DNA of 64,000 bases from the NCBI GenBank assembly GCA_965212015.1, contig OZ243037.1, forward strand, positions 1,568,001 through 1,632,000. The letters are read 5' to 3'. The stretch comes from Cenarchaeum sp. (GTDB lineage: Archaea; Thermoproteota; Nitrososphaeria; Nitrososphaerales; Nitrosopumilaceae). Positions 47,639-58,700 of this stretch are shown here, piece by piece. The notes beneath the pieces were generated by a model. The model was not told the origin of the DNA. It saw only the letters and a program-made list of their open reading frames with translations, and made no database searches. How positions within the stretch are numbered: the first letter of the stretch is position 1; the number at the start of each line of letters is the position of its first letter. Made by a program: the position numbers and the translations under genes.

Positions 47639-49388
47639 CTGTCACCGATTTTGCCAGGTTTCTTGGATGGTCGGGATCTGTGTCCTTTTTTATTGCCAGA
47701 TAGTATGCCAGCATCTGAACCGGGATAATCTCGGTAATGGGATACATTGACTCGCCGATCTTTGGAATCCTTATCCAGTGGTCGTACACGTCGCTGTTTT
47801 TGTCCGATATTCCGATAATCCTTGCGTTTCTGGCCCTGATCTCCCTGGCGCTGTTTATCGTGTCCTGGTATGTCGAGTCATCGGGGTTGATGATTATCAC
47901 ATAGACGCTAGAGTCCATCAGGGCAAGCGGGCCGTGCTTTATCTCGCCTCCGGGAATCCCCTCTGCGTGTATGTACGTGAGCTCCTTTAGCTTTAGCGCC
48001 GCCTCGCAGGCTATCGGATAGTGCACCCCCCTGCCCAGGACGTAAATGTCAGAGACGTCTGCGAGCTTGGCTGCCACGTCCTGTATGTCCTTGCAGGATG
48101 CCAGGATTTTTGAGACAGAGTCAGACACTGCCCCAAAGTCTACCCCCATGCTCCCCCCGCAGAGCTTTTCTGTAATGTTGTAGATTATGCCCAGCTGCGC
48201 CGTAAAGCTCTTTGTTGCCGCAACGCCTATCTCAGGTCCGCAGTTCATGCCCATGACCAGCGAGGACTCTTGTGCCAGCGACGACATTTGCATGTTGACA
48301 ATTGACAGCACCCTTGCGTTTGATCTCTTTGCAATGGCTGCTGCCTCTATGACGTCTGCGCTCTCGCCGCTCTGCGAGATTGCAATCAGAATCGAGCCGC
48401 TCTCCATGTAGATTGGCGAATGCGGCAGCTCGCTTGCAATCACCGGCTCTATTCTTATCTTTGCGTATTTTGATGCCAGGTGGCGGAATATCAGGGCGGC
48501 GTTATAGCTGGTGCCGCTTCCCGTGACGTATGTCACCTTTGCCTGCCTTATCTGCTCTGCGATGCGGCCTATCTCCGGGCTGTCCCTTCCTGCGCGCAAG
48601 ACGGTGTCTGGCTGCTCAAAGATCTCCTTGAGGGTGTAATGGGCATAGTCGCCCTTGTATGCGTCGGCAAACTCTTTTGAGACCTTGGTGATCTGCTTTT
48701 TTAGCGTGTTTCCCTCAAAATCATAGACGGACAGCCCGGAGGAGTCGAGTATCACAAAGTTGTTGTTCTCGATATAGATTGCGTCGTCTGTCTGCTCTAT
48801 AAAGCCCAGCACGTCGCTTGAGAGAAAATACGAGTCCCTTCCGACCCCGATTATCAGCGGTTCGCGAAACCGTGCTGCTGCCAGCGTCCCGTCATCGAAC
48901 ATGGCTACAAAGGCATAGTGGCCCCTTAGCTGCGCAAACGTCATCATCATGGCCTCCTTGATGTCTGAGCTTTTGGCATAGTTTTTTTGCAGCTGGTTGA
49001 CTAAAACCTCGGTGTCAGTCTCGCTCTTGAATGAAAACCCGTCGCCGACTAGTTTCTCCTTTAGCTCCGTATAGTTCTCTATCATGCCGTTGTGCACAAG
49101 CGCAATCCTTCCAGAGTTGCTTGGGTGCGGGTGTGCGTTGGCATCAGTTATCCCCCCGTGGCTGGCCCAGCGCGTGTGGCCAATGCCCACGCTTCCGGAC
49201 ATCTCGTCTAGCTTGAATGACCGGTTTACATCCGACACCCGTCCGATCCCCTTTCTGAGTGAGATATCCGAGCCGGTCCCCGTCGCAATCCCGACGCTGT
49301 CGTACCCCCGATACTCCATCCTCTTGAGGCCCCTTACCAGTATTGGAGCCGCCTTACCCTTGCCAGTGTATCCGATTATAGAGCACAA
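47631..49388 (-). CDS. glmS: Glutamine-fructose-6-phosphate aminotransferase
   Basis: N-terminal Cys, EYRGYDS, GHTRWA, SQSGE, KHGP, PRNLAKSVT. Confidence 0.97.
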   Translation of the reverse strand: MCSIIGYTGKGKAAPILVRGLKRMEYRGYDSVGIATGTGSDISLRKGIGRVSDVNRSFKLDEMSGSVGIGHTRWASHGGITDANAHPHPSNSGRIALVHNGMIENYTELKEKLVGDGFSFKSETDTEVLVNQLQKNYAKSSDIKEAMMMTFAQLRGHYAFVAMFDDGTLAAARFREPLIIGVGRDSYFLSSDVLGFIEQTDDAIYIENNNFVILDSSGLSVYDFEGNTLKKQITKVSKEFADAYKGDYAHYTLKEIFEQPDTVLRAGRDSPEIGRIAEQIRQAKVTYVTGSGTSYNAALIFRHLASKYAKIRIEPVIASELPHSPIYMESGSILIAISQSGESADVIEAAAIAKRSNARVLSIVNMQMSSLAQESSLVMGMNCGPEIGVAATKSFTAQLGIIYNITEKLCGGSMGVDFGAVSDSVSKILASCKDIQDVAAKLADVSDIYVLGRGVHYPIACEAALKLKELTYIHAEGIPGGEIKHGPLALMDSSVYVIIINPDDSTYQDTINSAREIRARNARIIGISDKNSDVYDHWIRIPKIGESMYPITEIIPVQMLAYYLAIKKDTDPDHPRNLAKSVTVR

Positions 49389-49443
49389 TTACACATCAGC
49401 TAAAAGCTTGTTTTATTTACGGATATTGAAAGTGCAAAATCCG

Positions 49444-50001
49444 TCACTGGGGCGGCTGCTCTGCGGGCTCTGCCTCGGCTTTGGCCGCCTCGTTCTTTTT
49501 TATCTCCTCTAGCAGCGCCTTTAGCGTGGAGCCGGGGGTGAGACTGACGTTTTTTTCCTCGCCTGCGTCTACCATGTATGACGGAATGGTGACGACACCG
49601 TCGCCGATCATTACATGTCCGTGCACTATTGCCTGCCTTGCCTGGTACGGCGTCTTGAATCCAAGGTTTCTCATCACTATTGTCTGCAGCCTTCTTGAGA
49701 GGAGGTCAGTCACCTGCAGGTTCAGGACGTCATCCAGCGTGGAGCTGTCCTCGACTAGGCCGATTCTTGAGAGCGACTTTATCAGGATCGGCTCCCTTTC
49801 CTGCCTTATCTCCTGTCCAAGGGCAAGCAGGGAGCGGGCCTGGTTTCTGACCCTTGATAGCTCCGTGTGGGCCTTCCACAGCTCCCTTTTGGTCTTTAAT
49901 CCAAACGTTCCGATGGTCTTTAGCTCCTCCATCTTTAGATCATAGTTGAATGGCCGCTTGGGCTTTCTCCAAACTCTTCGCGGTAGTTTTGTGTCTCCCA
50001 T
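49444..50001 (-). CDS. rps4: 30S ribosomal protein S4
   Basis: MGD..P, GLKTKRELW, RRLQT, ARQAIVHGH. Confidence 0.96.
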   Translation of the reverse strand: MGDTKLPRRVWRKPKRPFNYDLKMEELKTIGTFGLKTKRELWKAHTELSRVRNQARSLLALGQEIRQEREPILIKSLSRIGLVEDSSTLDDVLNLQVTDLLSRRLQTIVMRNLGFKTPYQARQAIVHGHVMIGDGVVTIPSYMVDAGEEKNVSLTPGSTLKALLEEIKKNEAAKAEAEPAEQPPQ

Positions 50002-50010
50002 CTGCCTCGC

Positions 50011-50580
50011 CTATTTCTTCTCTGACGGCTCTTTTTTCTCTGCCGGCTTGGCCTCTGCTGCCGCCTCTACAGGCGCATCCGTGCTTGCGGCCTCTGCAGG
50101 CGCACCTGCTCCGCCCTTTGCCGGCATTACCTTTCCGCCCTTTGCCACGCCGACTGCTCCTCCCTTTCTGCCAGTCGTCCTGGTCCTCTGTCCCCGGACC
50201 TTTAGTCCGAACATGTGGCGATGGCCCCTCCAGCTTCCGGCAATCCTCTCGCGCTCGATGTCGTTTCTGACGGTAAACTCTATATCTGATGTAAGAATGT
50301 GCTTGTCCTCGCCGGTCTCTGTGTCCTTTCTCCTGTTGAAGAACCATGCGGGAAAATTCGAGTCAGACGGGTTTTGAAGAATCTGCTCGATTGATTTTAC
50401 CTGCTGTTCTGAAAGATATCCGATATTCGTATTGGTGTCAATCTTTAGCGTGTCGAGAATCGCGGTGGCAAAGTTGTACCCGATGCCCCTGATCTGCGTT
50501 AGGCCGATTAGTATTTTCCTGTCCCCCAGTATGTCGTTTCCAATTATCCTGACTATGTGTCTGTATTCCTGGGCGCTCAA
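50011..50580 (-). CDS. rps13: 30S ribosomal protein S13 with Ala/Glu-rich tail
   Basis: [34 protein letters not shown]. Confidence 0.96.
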   Translation of the reverse strand: MSAQEYRHIVRIIGNDILGDRKILIGLTQIRGIGYNFATAILDTLKIDTNTNIGYLSEQQVKSIEQILQNPSDSNFPAWFFNRRKDTETGEDKHILTSDIEFTVRNDIERERIAGSWRGHRHMFGLKVRGQRTRTTGRKGGAVGVAKGGKVMPAKGGAGAPAEAASTDAPVEAAAEAKPAEKKEPSEKK

Positions 50581-51160
50581 GTACGCACCGTTCTTTGCAC
50601 CCTAGATAAAAACCATGCTGGAATTGGTCTGGGCGGGATTCCCCGGATTCAAAATCATGGCCAAAAACAATTCGGCAAAACCCCGTCATCGGACTGTAGG
50701 CGGGTTTTCCCGGAATGCCAGAAACGGGTATCGTGCAGTGCCGCGCCCCCAGACGTGCGATGCCCTTCTCTGATCCCCGCGGGCCGGCCCAGAGTTTTTC
50801 AGTCCGGTATGAGGCTGCCACGGATACCGGTAAACGCCTGAATCGTGCCGGATATTGGCATGCGGCCATCTGGCGGGCCTGCGTGCAAATGCACGAGCCG
50901 CCAATACCCGGAATATTCTGGCATGGCAGTATGCGGGAATCTGCGGGGCCGGGATTGCCAATAGTATAATGCCCGCCGGGCCGGTCCGCACCGCCCGGGC
51001 TGCTGCCAAAAGGCGGATTTGCGCGTGCCGGCTGATATGGGTGTAGCGGCCAGAATCGGCGCACCGCAGCCGTTAGGGCAGTCTCGGGCCGCGCAGGCCC
51101 GGTGCCAATACGCCGCAAACCGCCCGACCGGAAAAGTTTTTAGCAAAAAGCATAGGCGGT

Positions 51161-51466
51161 ATGACGATGGCCGACTCTGCTGAGCGAGAAAAAGTAATCG
51201 AGTGCATATTTGATCCAGATGTATCCTCCATTCTCGCCGAGCTCGAAGACGGTGCAAAAGACGCAGCCTATCTTTCAGACAAGCTGGGAATCGACCCAGG
51301 CGAGATCAGAGACCGGCTCTCGTATCTGTTAGAGTGCGGCTATGTCGCCGAATCCGGTTCCGTTTATTCTGCGGACGCAGAAAAGCTTGCCAAAGTAATG
51401 GAGCACGACGAGAACTTTCAGTCGGCCATAGACGGCATGACAAAGCTGGACGGATTCCTAAACTAG
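51161..51466 (+). CDS. Winged-HTH (ArsR-like) protein
   Basis: ILAEL..LSDKLGI..IRDRLSYL..GYV. Confidence 0.65.
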   Translation: MTMADSAEREKVIECIFDPDVSSILAELEDGAKDAAYLSDKLGIDPGEIRDRLSYLLECGYVAESGSVYSADAEKLAKVMEHDENFQSAIDGMTKLDGFLN

Positions 51467-51954
51467 GTGCGCCTGCTTTTGACGGCATAAATTCCCACGA
51501 CACCCATCCCGACTAGTCCTATGATCAAAATGTAAAACCCCGCTGCGCCCACCAGGATTTTTCCCGTCCCCGGGGCGTGGCCTAGGGCGCCGGCCACATA
51601 CGTGTCCTCGCCGGAGTTTTCTATTGCCAGCGTAAACTCTCCGGCTGCTGACACCTCAAAGCTCTCCTCAAGGGAGCCCTCTACTATCTTTCCTGCGGCA
51701 ACCTGCCTGCCGGCGGGATCCCTTACCGTGGCAGAAACCGTGTCCTTTGGCGGCATTACCTGGACTGCAAATATTCCCTCTGCGCTTATCTTGGGATCAA
51801 GTGCTGCTACGATGGTCATCTCCTCGCCGCCCCCGATGTCTTTTGTATCCTGGACAAATCCCTCGATGATTACCATGGATCCGTAAAACGACAGCGCGAT
51901 TCCCGCTGCAATGAGGCCCCCCACGACGGCTAGCATCACGACTGGTTTTTGCAT
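51463..51954 (-). CDS. Hypothetical membrane protein (N- and C-terminal TM)
   Basis: Two hydrophobic termini flanking a beta-rich domain. Confidence 0.7.
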   Translation of the reverse strand: MQKPVVMLAVVGGLIAAGIALSFYGSMVIIEGFVQDTKDIGGGEEMTIVAALDPKISAEGIFAVQVMPPKDTVSATVRDPAGRQVAAGKIVEGSLEESFEVSAAGEFTLAIENSGEDTYVAGALGHAPGTGKILVGAAGFYILIIGLVGMGVVGIYAVKSRRT

Positions 51955-52005
51955 ACCGTACGGGGGCCCTCGGGGCTAGTTAAATCCTTTCGGGGCGTCC
52001 CTGTA

Positions 52006-52070
52006 AATTTAATACGTATTAAAAAAGTTAGTTTGAGGCAAAAAAGTTAACCCATATTAAATTTTAAATA
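52006..52070 (+). promoter_or_regulatory. Three tandem 19-bp operator-like units followed by the TATA box of the MCO-ZIP operon
   Basis: AATTTAATACGTATTAAAA / AAGTTAGTTTGAGGCAAAA / AAGTTAACCCATATTAAAT, then TTTAAATA. Confidence 0.65.
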
Positions 52071-52091
52071 TGCTGTCTATTACGTCATCAT

Positions 52092-53144
52092 GTGCTTGAT
52101 TCGCGCTCAATGATGATATTTGCAGTATTGCTGCTCGGCATGGCAGGCTCGCTCTACCTGCTCCTGCCGGAGCTTACAAGCGCCCAGCAGGAGGAAAAGA
52201 CGTTTCTGACCCATTCTGGCGGGATTGTGAGGACCACGGGCGAGATTCTCGATCCGCTGTACGCGCAAAGCACGGTGGAGTTTGATCCCATGGAGTATCT
52301 CCGGGATTTCAGCTATGGAAAGGTGACGCAGCTTCCGGACGGCACGGCGCTGCGCGAGTTTACCATCGTGGCTGCCGACGACCAGATAATGGAGGTGGCG
52401 CCGGACGTCTTTTACAACGTGTGGACCTTCAACGGGACGGTTCCCGGGCCGACGATACGCGCAACGCAGGGGGATCTCGTCCGGATCAACTTTATCAACA
52501 ACGGAACCAAGGAGCACACCATGCATTTTCACGGAATACACGAGTCGCATTTTGACGGGGTCTTCGAGCCCGTCGGGCCCGGCGGCAGGTTCACCTACGA
52601 ATGGAGGGCAGAACCCGTGGGGGTGCACCCGTACCACTGCCATGTCATGCCGCTAGAAGAGCACATTGTGCACGGGCTTTACGGCGTGTACATTGTGGAT
52701 CCAAAGGAAAAAAGGCCGCCTGCCGACGAGATGGTGATGGTACTCAACGGCCTGGATACCGACTTTGACGGGGAGAACAACTTTTATGCGGCAAACACCG
52801 TCCCGTTTTACTACCACCACCATCCGATCCAAATCGACACGGGGGATCTGATACGAATCTACGTGGTCAACATGCTAGAGTTTGATCCGATAAACAACTT
52901 TCATTTGCACGGAAACCTGTACCACTATTACCCGACTGGCACTGACACGGTTCCCTCGTTTTACACCGACATGCTGACGCTGTCGCAGACTGAGCGGGGC
53001 ATAATGGAGTTCACATACGACTATCCTGGCAGGTACCTGTTTCACGCACACAAGGTAGAGTTTTCAGAAAAAGGGTGGACCGGATTGTTTTTGGTGGGCG
53101 GCGAGCCGCTTGCAGAGACTATAGGGCAGATAGACTATGGCTAG
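52092..53144 (+). CDS. Two-domain multicopper oxidase (type 1 Cu in domain 1)
   Basis: HTMHFHG, YHCH..HIVHGL, FHLHG, LFHAH; N-terminal TM/signal. Confidence 0.92.
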   Translation: MLDSRSMMIFAVLLLGMAGSLYLLLPELTSAQQEEKTFLTHSGGIVRTTGEILDPLYAQSTVEFDPMEYLRDFSYGKVTQLPDGTALREFTIVAADDQIMEVAPDVFYNVWTFNGTVPGPTIRATQGDLVRINFINNGTKEHTMHFHGIHESHFDGVFEPVGPGGRFTYEWRAEPVGVHPYHCHVMPLEEHIVHGLYGVYIVDPKEKRPPADEMVMVLNGLDTDFDGENNFYAANTVPFYYHHHPIQIDTGDLIRIYVVNMLEFDPINNFHLHGNLYHYYPTGTDTVPSFYTDMLTLSQTERGIMEFTYDYPGRYLFHAHKVEFSEKGWTGLFLVGGEPLAETIGQIDYG

Positions 53145-54297
53145 CCTCGAATCTGCGCGGGTTTTTGCAAGCGGACTAGTCCCGCTTTTGTTTCTTGTGC
53201 TGGTAATGGCGTACATTCTCGGCCCCGGCTCGGATCTGCTGGACTTGGGCGTGCCGCTGCCTGAGCTAAGCATTGAAAGGGTCGATTTCATCGACTCGGA
53301 GATCCGCGCCACCGTAAGAAACACCGGCCCCATACCGCTACAGGTGGTGATAGCCGACGTCAATGACAGGATACAGCCTGCAGCAGTAGAGCCTGACGGG
53401 TTTTTGGAGCGCTATGAGACTGCCCTGGTCAGGATACCGTTTGAGTGGAACACGGCAGAGCCGTACACGATTGGCGTCACGGTGGGCGACGGGACCCGGT
53501 TTGAGAAAAGAATAGACGCCGCAGCACCGGCACTTGCGCCCACCCTTGAGCTTGTGGGATTCTTTGCGGTAATTGGCACGTACGTGGGGATTATCCCCGT
53601 CACGATAGGCCTGCTGTGGCTGCCGTTTATCAGGAGGATAGGCAGGGCCAAATACCACTTTTTTCTGGCGCTCACCGCCGGCCTTTTGCTGTTTCTGGGA
53701 GTCGACTCGCTTGAGGAGGCACTAGATGTATCCGAGGAAGGCCTTGCCGCCAGCTTTAATGGCGCGCTGCTCGTGGTGACCGTGGCGGTGCTGTCGTTTC
53801 TCGCACTGCACTATTCGGGGGCGGCGATAATGAAAAGGGCGGGACACTCAGGCGTCAGGCCCGTCATGATGGGACTGATGATCTCAATAGGCATAGGACT
53901 GCACAACTTTGGCGAGGGCCTTGCCATCGGCGCCGCACTCGGACTGGGCTCTGTCGCCTTTGGAAGCTTTCTTGTGGTGGGCTTTGCTTTACACAACACC
54001 ACCGAGGGAATCGCAATCGCAGCGCCAATGTCCCGGGGAAAGACAATGCTCAAAAAGCTGGCCCTGATGGGGCTGATTGCGGGATCCCCCACCATCCTTG
54101 GCGCGTGGACCGGCGGGTTTGCCTATTCCCCGTTTGCCGCAGTGGTGTTTCTGTCCGTCGGGGCCGGCGCCATATTTCAGATAATTATGATATTGCTGCG
54201 GTGGATACGAGAAGAGACCGGACTTTCAAGTGCGCCGGTAATTGCGGGATTTGCCGCCGGAATGCTGATAATGTACGCCACCAGCATACTGGTATAG
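53137..54297 (+). CDS. ZIP family divalent metal transporter with N-terminal extracellular domain
   Basis: GLHNFGEGLAIG and ALHNTTEGIAI; overlaps the MCO stop. Confidence 0.92.
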   Translation: MASLESARVFASGLVPLLFLVLVMAYILGPGSDLLDLGVPLPELSIERVDFIDSEIRATVRNTGPIPLQVVIADVNDRIQPAAVEPDGFLERYETALVRIPFEWNTAEPYTIGVTVGDGTRFEKRIDAAAPALAPTLELVGFFAVIGTYVGIIPVTIGLLWLPFIRRIGRAKYHFFLALTAGLLLFLGVDSLEEALDVSEEGLAASFNGALLVVTVAVLSFLALHYSGAAIMKRAGHSGVRPVMMGLMISIGIGLHNFGEGLAIGAALGLGSVAFGSFLVVGFALHNTTEGIAIAAPMSRGKTMLKKLALMGLIAGSPTILGAWTGGFAYSPFAAVVFLSVGAGAIFQIIMILLRWIREETGLSSAPVIAGFAAGMLIMYATSILV

Positions 54298-54301
54298 TAG
54301 G

Positions 54302-55660
54302 TCATATCGGCTCTGGATGTATCGTAATTACCGCGTTTTTGAAATTACCGCGTATCTTGCGCTCGATCTCGGTGGTCAGGTCGTGGACGTTCTCTATCGG
54401 GAGGCTCTTCTCAAAGGAGCAGTCAATGTCGATTTTTACAACGTCCTTAAAGTTAAACGTCACAATCCTTCCTATTTTTTTGATCTCCCGGTATTCGCTG
54501 ATCAGCTGCCTTATCTCGTCCTCTGTTTTTTTCCCCACCATCTCCAGCGTGTGGGGAACCGCAATGTACGGCTCTAGGTGTATGGTGACGTGCTCAATGT
54601 CCTCAAGGCTGACCCGTATCTGCTCCTCGATTCTCTCGGAGATTTTGTGCGCCTCCTCGAGGTTGATCTTTCCGTCGACCATCACGTGGAGGCTGACGTA
54701 CGGCCTTCCCTCCGAGCGGTAGGAGCTGATATTGTGCACCTCCTTTACCCCGTCGACTCTGGAGGCAATCTCGCCTATCCTGGGGTCGATGGGAACCTTG
54801 TCCCACGTGGGCTCAAAGTGAATCGTGACTGCCGAGTTTTCGATGACGCCCCTGATGTTGTCCTCCACCTTGCTGCTTATCTCGTGCGCCCCCTCAAAGC
54901 TGGTGTCTGCCCTCAGCGACACGGTAACGTCGGCAAACACCACGTCACCGGACTTTCTCATCAGTACGGGCCCGACGCCGACTACCCCCTGCGTGCCGGC
55001 CACTATTCCCCTGACTCTTGCCACCATCTCCGGCGATATGGTGTCTGTCAGATCCATTGCAGAGTTGTAGATCAGCTTTGTGCTCAGGGCGGCAAGCAGG
55101 ACTCCCAGTATGAGGGCGGCTGCAAAGTCGCCATAGTAAAACCCGTATGACACTATGACTATGCCCGCTATTGCAACCATGGTGGAGCCCAGATCCATGA
55201 GTGCGTGATAAAAGTCGGCCTTTAGCGTGGCGCCGCCCACCCTGGATATTGATCTCCGCAGGATGACTATCCTGAACATGTCTGCCCCGATGGTGTATAT
55301 GCCTGCTATTACGGCAAACAGCCCCGGCAGTATGTCCGGAGGGGGTTTTTGGGCGCGGCTCAGCGACTCGATTATGAAAAACACCGCTATTAGCAGGATT
55401 GCTATCCCGCCTATCAGGCCCCCGAGGGACTCTATCTTTCCGTGGCCGTAGGTGTGCTCTGCGTCTGGCGGCTTGAGGGCCATCCTTGCGGCAAGAAGCA
55501 GCACTATGGTGACTATGGCGTCTAGTAGCGCGTGTATGCTGTCAGTTATCAGCGCCAAACTGTTTGAGAACAGGCCGAATGCCAGCTCTACTACAAACGC
55601 AGAAAGAATGGCTACTAGCGACAGCTTTAGGACCCTGGTTCTCTGGACGAATGCCGACAT
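54302..55660 (-). CDS. Cation diffusion facilitator (CDF) transporter with repeated C-terminal dimerisation domains
   Basis: SLALITDSIHALLD, HTYGHGKIE, HALMD; three H..IE..TIH.EP units. Confidence 0.92.
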   Translation of the reverse strand: MSAFVQRTRVLKLSLVAILSAFVVELAFGLFSNSLALITDSIHALLDAIVTIVLLLAARMALKPPDAEHTYGHGKIESLGGLIGGIAILLIAVFFIIESLSRAQKPPPDILPGLFAVIAGIYTIGADMFRIVILRRSISRVGGATLKADFYHALMDLGSTMVAIAGIVIVSYGFYYGDFAAALILGVLLAALSTKLIYNSAMDLTDTISPEMVARVRGIVAGTQGVVGVGPVLMRKSGDVVFADVTVSLRADTSFEGAHEISSKVEDNIRGVIENSAVTIHFEPTWDKVPIDPRIGEIASRVDGVKEVHNISSYRSEGRPYVSLHVMVDGKINLEEAHKISERIEEQIRVSLEDIEHVTIHLEPYIAVPHTLEMVGKKTEDEIRQLISEYREIKKIGRIVTFNFKDVVKIDIDCSFEKSLPIENVHDLTTEIERKIRGNFKNAVITIHPEPI

Positions 55661-55750
55661 TTCTGCTATCCAACCCGGCGGGGAATGCTATAACTATTGT
55701 TGATTTAGTATGAATTATGCGACAACTATTTGTGTGTGGGGGCGGCAAGC

Positions 55751-58700
55751 TTGGATGTGCGGCTGGCAGCAATACTGGTTATTCTGACGGTTCCGCTTTT
55801 TATCGGCAGTGCCAGTGCGGCAAACACAAACCTGTTCGTCTCAGCAGAGAATTCTAGATTTGATGATCATTTTGCAGGCTCGATGATAGTCGAGGTAATA
55901 GTGCGCGATCCCGACATAAGCGGCGTTGGCAGTCCCATCGGCGAGCCAAACGTGACCATAAACGGAAACGATCTCCGCATGGTACAGGCCACCGACGGGG
56001 CGTGGTATGCGTATTTTGCACACATCGACGGGGCGCAGGCAGCCGATCAGGCGGTGGCCGATGCGGGGGCGCAAGGCGACAGCCTGGACTTTGGCGTCTT
56101 TTGCGGGGCCGACACGGATGTGGCAGTGCTGGGGGCAGACTTTACTGACTCGCAGGGCGTGGCAGTTCCGAGAACCGGCGAGCTGGAAGGCTTTGCAAAC
56201 GGCGATGCCGCCCTTGGGGCGTGCACCGGCAATGCCACGTCCACCCAGGTGATAAACGGCGTGCTAAGGCAGCCAAAACAGATAAACGAAAACCCGCGCA
56301 TTGCAACAGGACAGATAGGCCTTGACGCAGATGTCTGGCCGATAATACAGCTGTTCTCCTTTGGCAACGTGGAGATAAAGTACGACAGGGCAGGCGGCAG
56401 CCAGCAGGTAAATCTGGAATATTCCGAGATTCCAAACATTACACTCGAGCTTGACAGGGAGCAGTATCCGCCCGGCGCCGAGGTGTTTGTGACCATCTTT
56501 GATGCGCAGCTAAACCAGGATCCCACCGACGAGGACTCGTGGACCTTTGATGTGGGCTCGCAGGCCGTATTTTACAACGCCTTTACAGAGTCCGGCGCCG
56601 ATGCGGGAAACGGCGGCACGGGGCTGGTAAACCTGAACCCGCACCTCTCGTCGATTGGCTTTGAGGACAACGGGCGGGTCTCAATCGATCTGGGATCCGT
56701 CCTGGAGCTGAGGACAAACAGGCACCAGCCGGAATCCTCAGTCACCGACGGCAGTACGGCATACCGGCAGATTGTGACTTTTGTCGAGACCCGGTCAAAC
56801 TCTGGCGAGTTTCGAAGCTATGACACGGCCTCTGTGTCTGTAATCGGAATGCTGTCCGATGCGCCGAGGGGCATGGCCGGCTCCATCCGGTACAACGACG
56901 GCACGCAGTCCATATTTTCTGGCGTCTCTAGTGCGTCATTCCTGCCGGATTCTGGCGTGCCCGCCCCGGGAAAAAGGATTCCAGTCACAATAACGGATGA
57001 CGATCAGAACGTCAACTCTGCAAGAAGGGACAGCCTGGACGTCTTTAGGGCGTCTGCGATAATCCCGATTTTGAGTCTGGGGGCCCCCCTGACTTTACAG
57101 GACGCCTCTGATGTCCGGTTCTACGAGTCCTCCGGCGAGTGGACATCTGTTGCCTCCCGCGTGCTGCCGGATTTTTCTGGCAGGCTGGCAATAGACTCTG
57201 CGTCAGTTTCTGGCTTGGATTTTGAAACAATCACCATTGATGCCGGGTATACTGCCGGCATGCTGCGCTCGCTTTTTGTCGATTCGGGCGGCACGAGTGC
57301 GGGCACCAACTGGATAAACTATGACCTGCGCTCTATCCGGAATCTGGGGGTGGATTTCTCAGACGCCTCGATATCGCTGGCCTTCGGAGCTGCAGATGAT
57401 TCACCGATAGAGGTCGCCCGAATTGCATCGTCGCAGGGCTTTCTGGCCATTGACGATGCAGTTGTGGACTCTGTCGGATTACAGTCCGGCGGCGTCCATA
57501 TTGTGATAGACCTTGACGCATCAGGCGACTCGCAGGTGGTGGGCAGGACCGGCGGCGATGCGGGTCTGATGCCGGTGATAGTCGACTTTTTCTCCTTTGG
57601 AATAGAGGGCCCGCGCGAGGTCAACAATGCCATATACCGCTTTGAGCTAGAAGAGACGCAGCGCAATTCCGGCGTCTTTGCCGGCTCTGTAGAGTATGTG
57701 GTCGCAAACCAGCTCAACATTGCCGATCCCGGTTTCATCTCCACGCTGGATACCATCGGTGATGACATACGGCTAATAGTCGCCGGCGAGCGCCTAGACG
57801 AGGACGCGCTGGTGATATCGTACGCCGACCTGGACGTCGCATCGGTGTCAGAAAAGCGCTCAGAAAAGCACGACGTCAGGACGCACACCGGAAAGGTGTC
57901 TACTGATGCCGCAAGCTATGGCTTTGGCAGGCCCGTCACCATAATACTTGATGATCCAGACTTGAACCTGGACTATCAGACAATAGAGACGTACCGCGTG
58001 ATTAACAACCCGAACCTGCCCGGAGTCGACACGGTGGGAAACGACGACGGAAGCATACTGCTTGAGGTGTCCATCAAGGGCTTTAGGTACATGCGCTGTA
58101 TGATAGACGGCGTGGCGCACGGGGGGCTGGCGGCTACCGGCTTTACAATGTCCGAGACCGGGACTGACACGGGAATCTTTGAGGGCGTCTTTAAGATGCC
58201 GTCGCAGATATGCAGCGAGGACGGAACAGGGCTGGTCTCACCTGCGGGCGGGAGCATTGATGTGAGGTATTATGACTTTAGGGACTCGTCTGGAAACACA
58301 AACATCTCCAAGCTGTCAAGCCCCAAAAATGCCCAGTCCACCGTAAGGCTAAACGCCTACGAGTTTTCCATTCCGAAATACAACGGGTCAGTCGAAATAA
58401 TCCTGTCCGGCGAGCTGAGCAGGCACAGCAGGGGGATTCCGGTGTCCGTCATACTGTATGATCCGCTTGGCGCATCTGACACGTTTGGAGTGCTTCCTAC
58501 CGGCAGCGGGGCATACAGCATGCCGATAATCCTGCACCACGATTCGCCTGTAGGAACATACCTGATAGACATAATGTACGACGGCGAGCACGCAGGCTCT
58601 GCCTCCTTTGTGCTGTCCCCGAGGCCGGAGCCGCCGGCAGATCCTGTCCGGCAGCAGGAGGTCGCCCCGCCAAAGGCCCTGCCTGAAACCCCCGGTGAGC

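Noticed and set aside
50438-51257. Overlapping Pro/Arg/Ala-rich ORFs upstream of rps13
   Set aside because: They have the typical composition of high-GC non-coding frames and no recognisable motifs.
51985-52008. GGCGTCCCTGTAA resembling the SRP RNA Alu motif
   Set aside because: There is no helix-8 motif and no room for a ~300-nt RNA; it runs straight into the MCO promoter.
52092-53144. Copper nitrite reductase NirK
   Set aside because: It has HxH/HCH sets in both domains typical of a trinuclear-site two-domain MCO and is coupled to a ZIP gene, so it is called an MCO.
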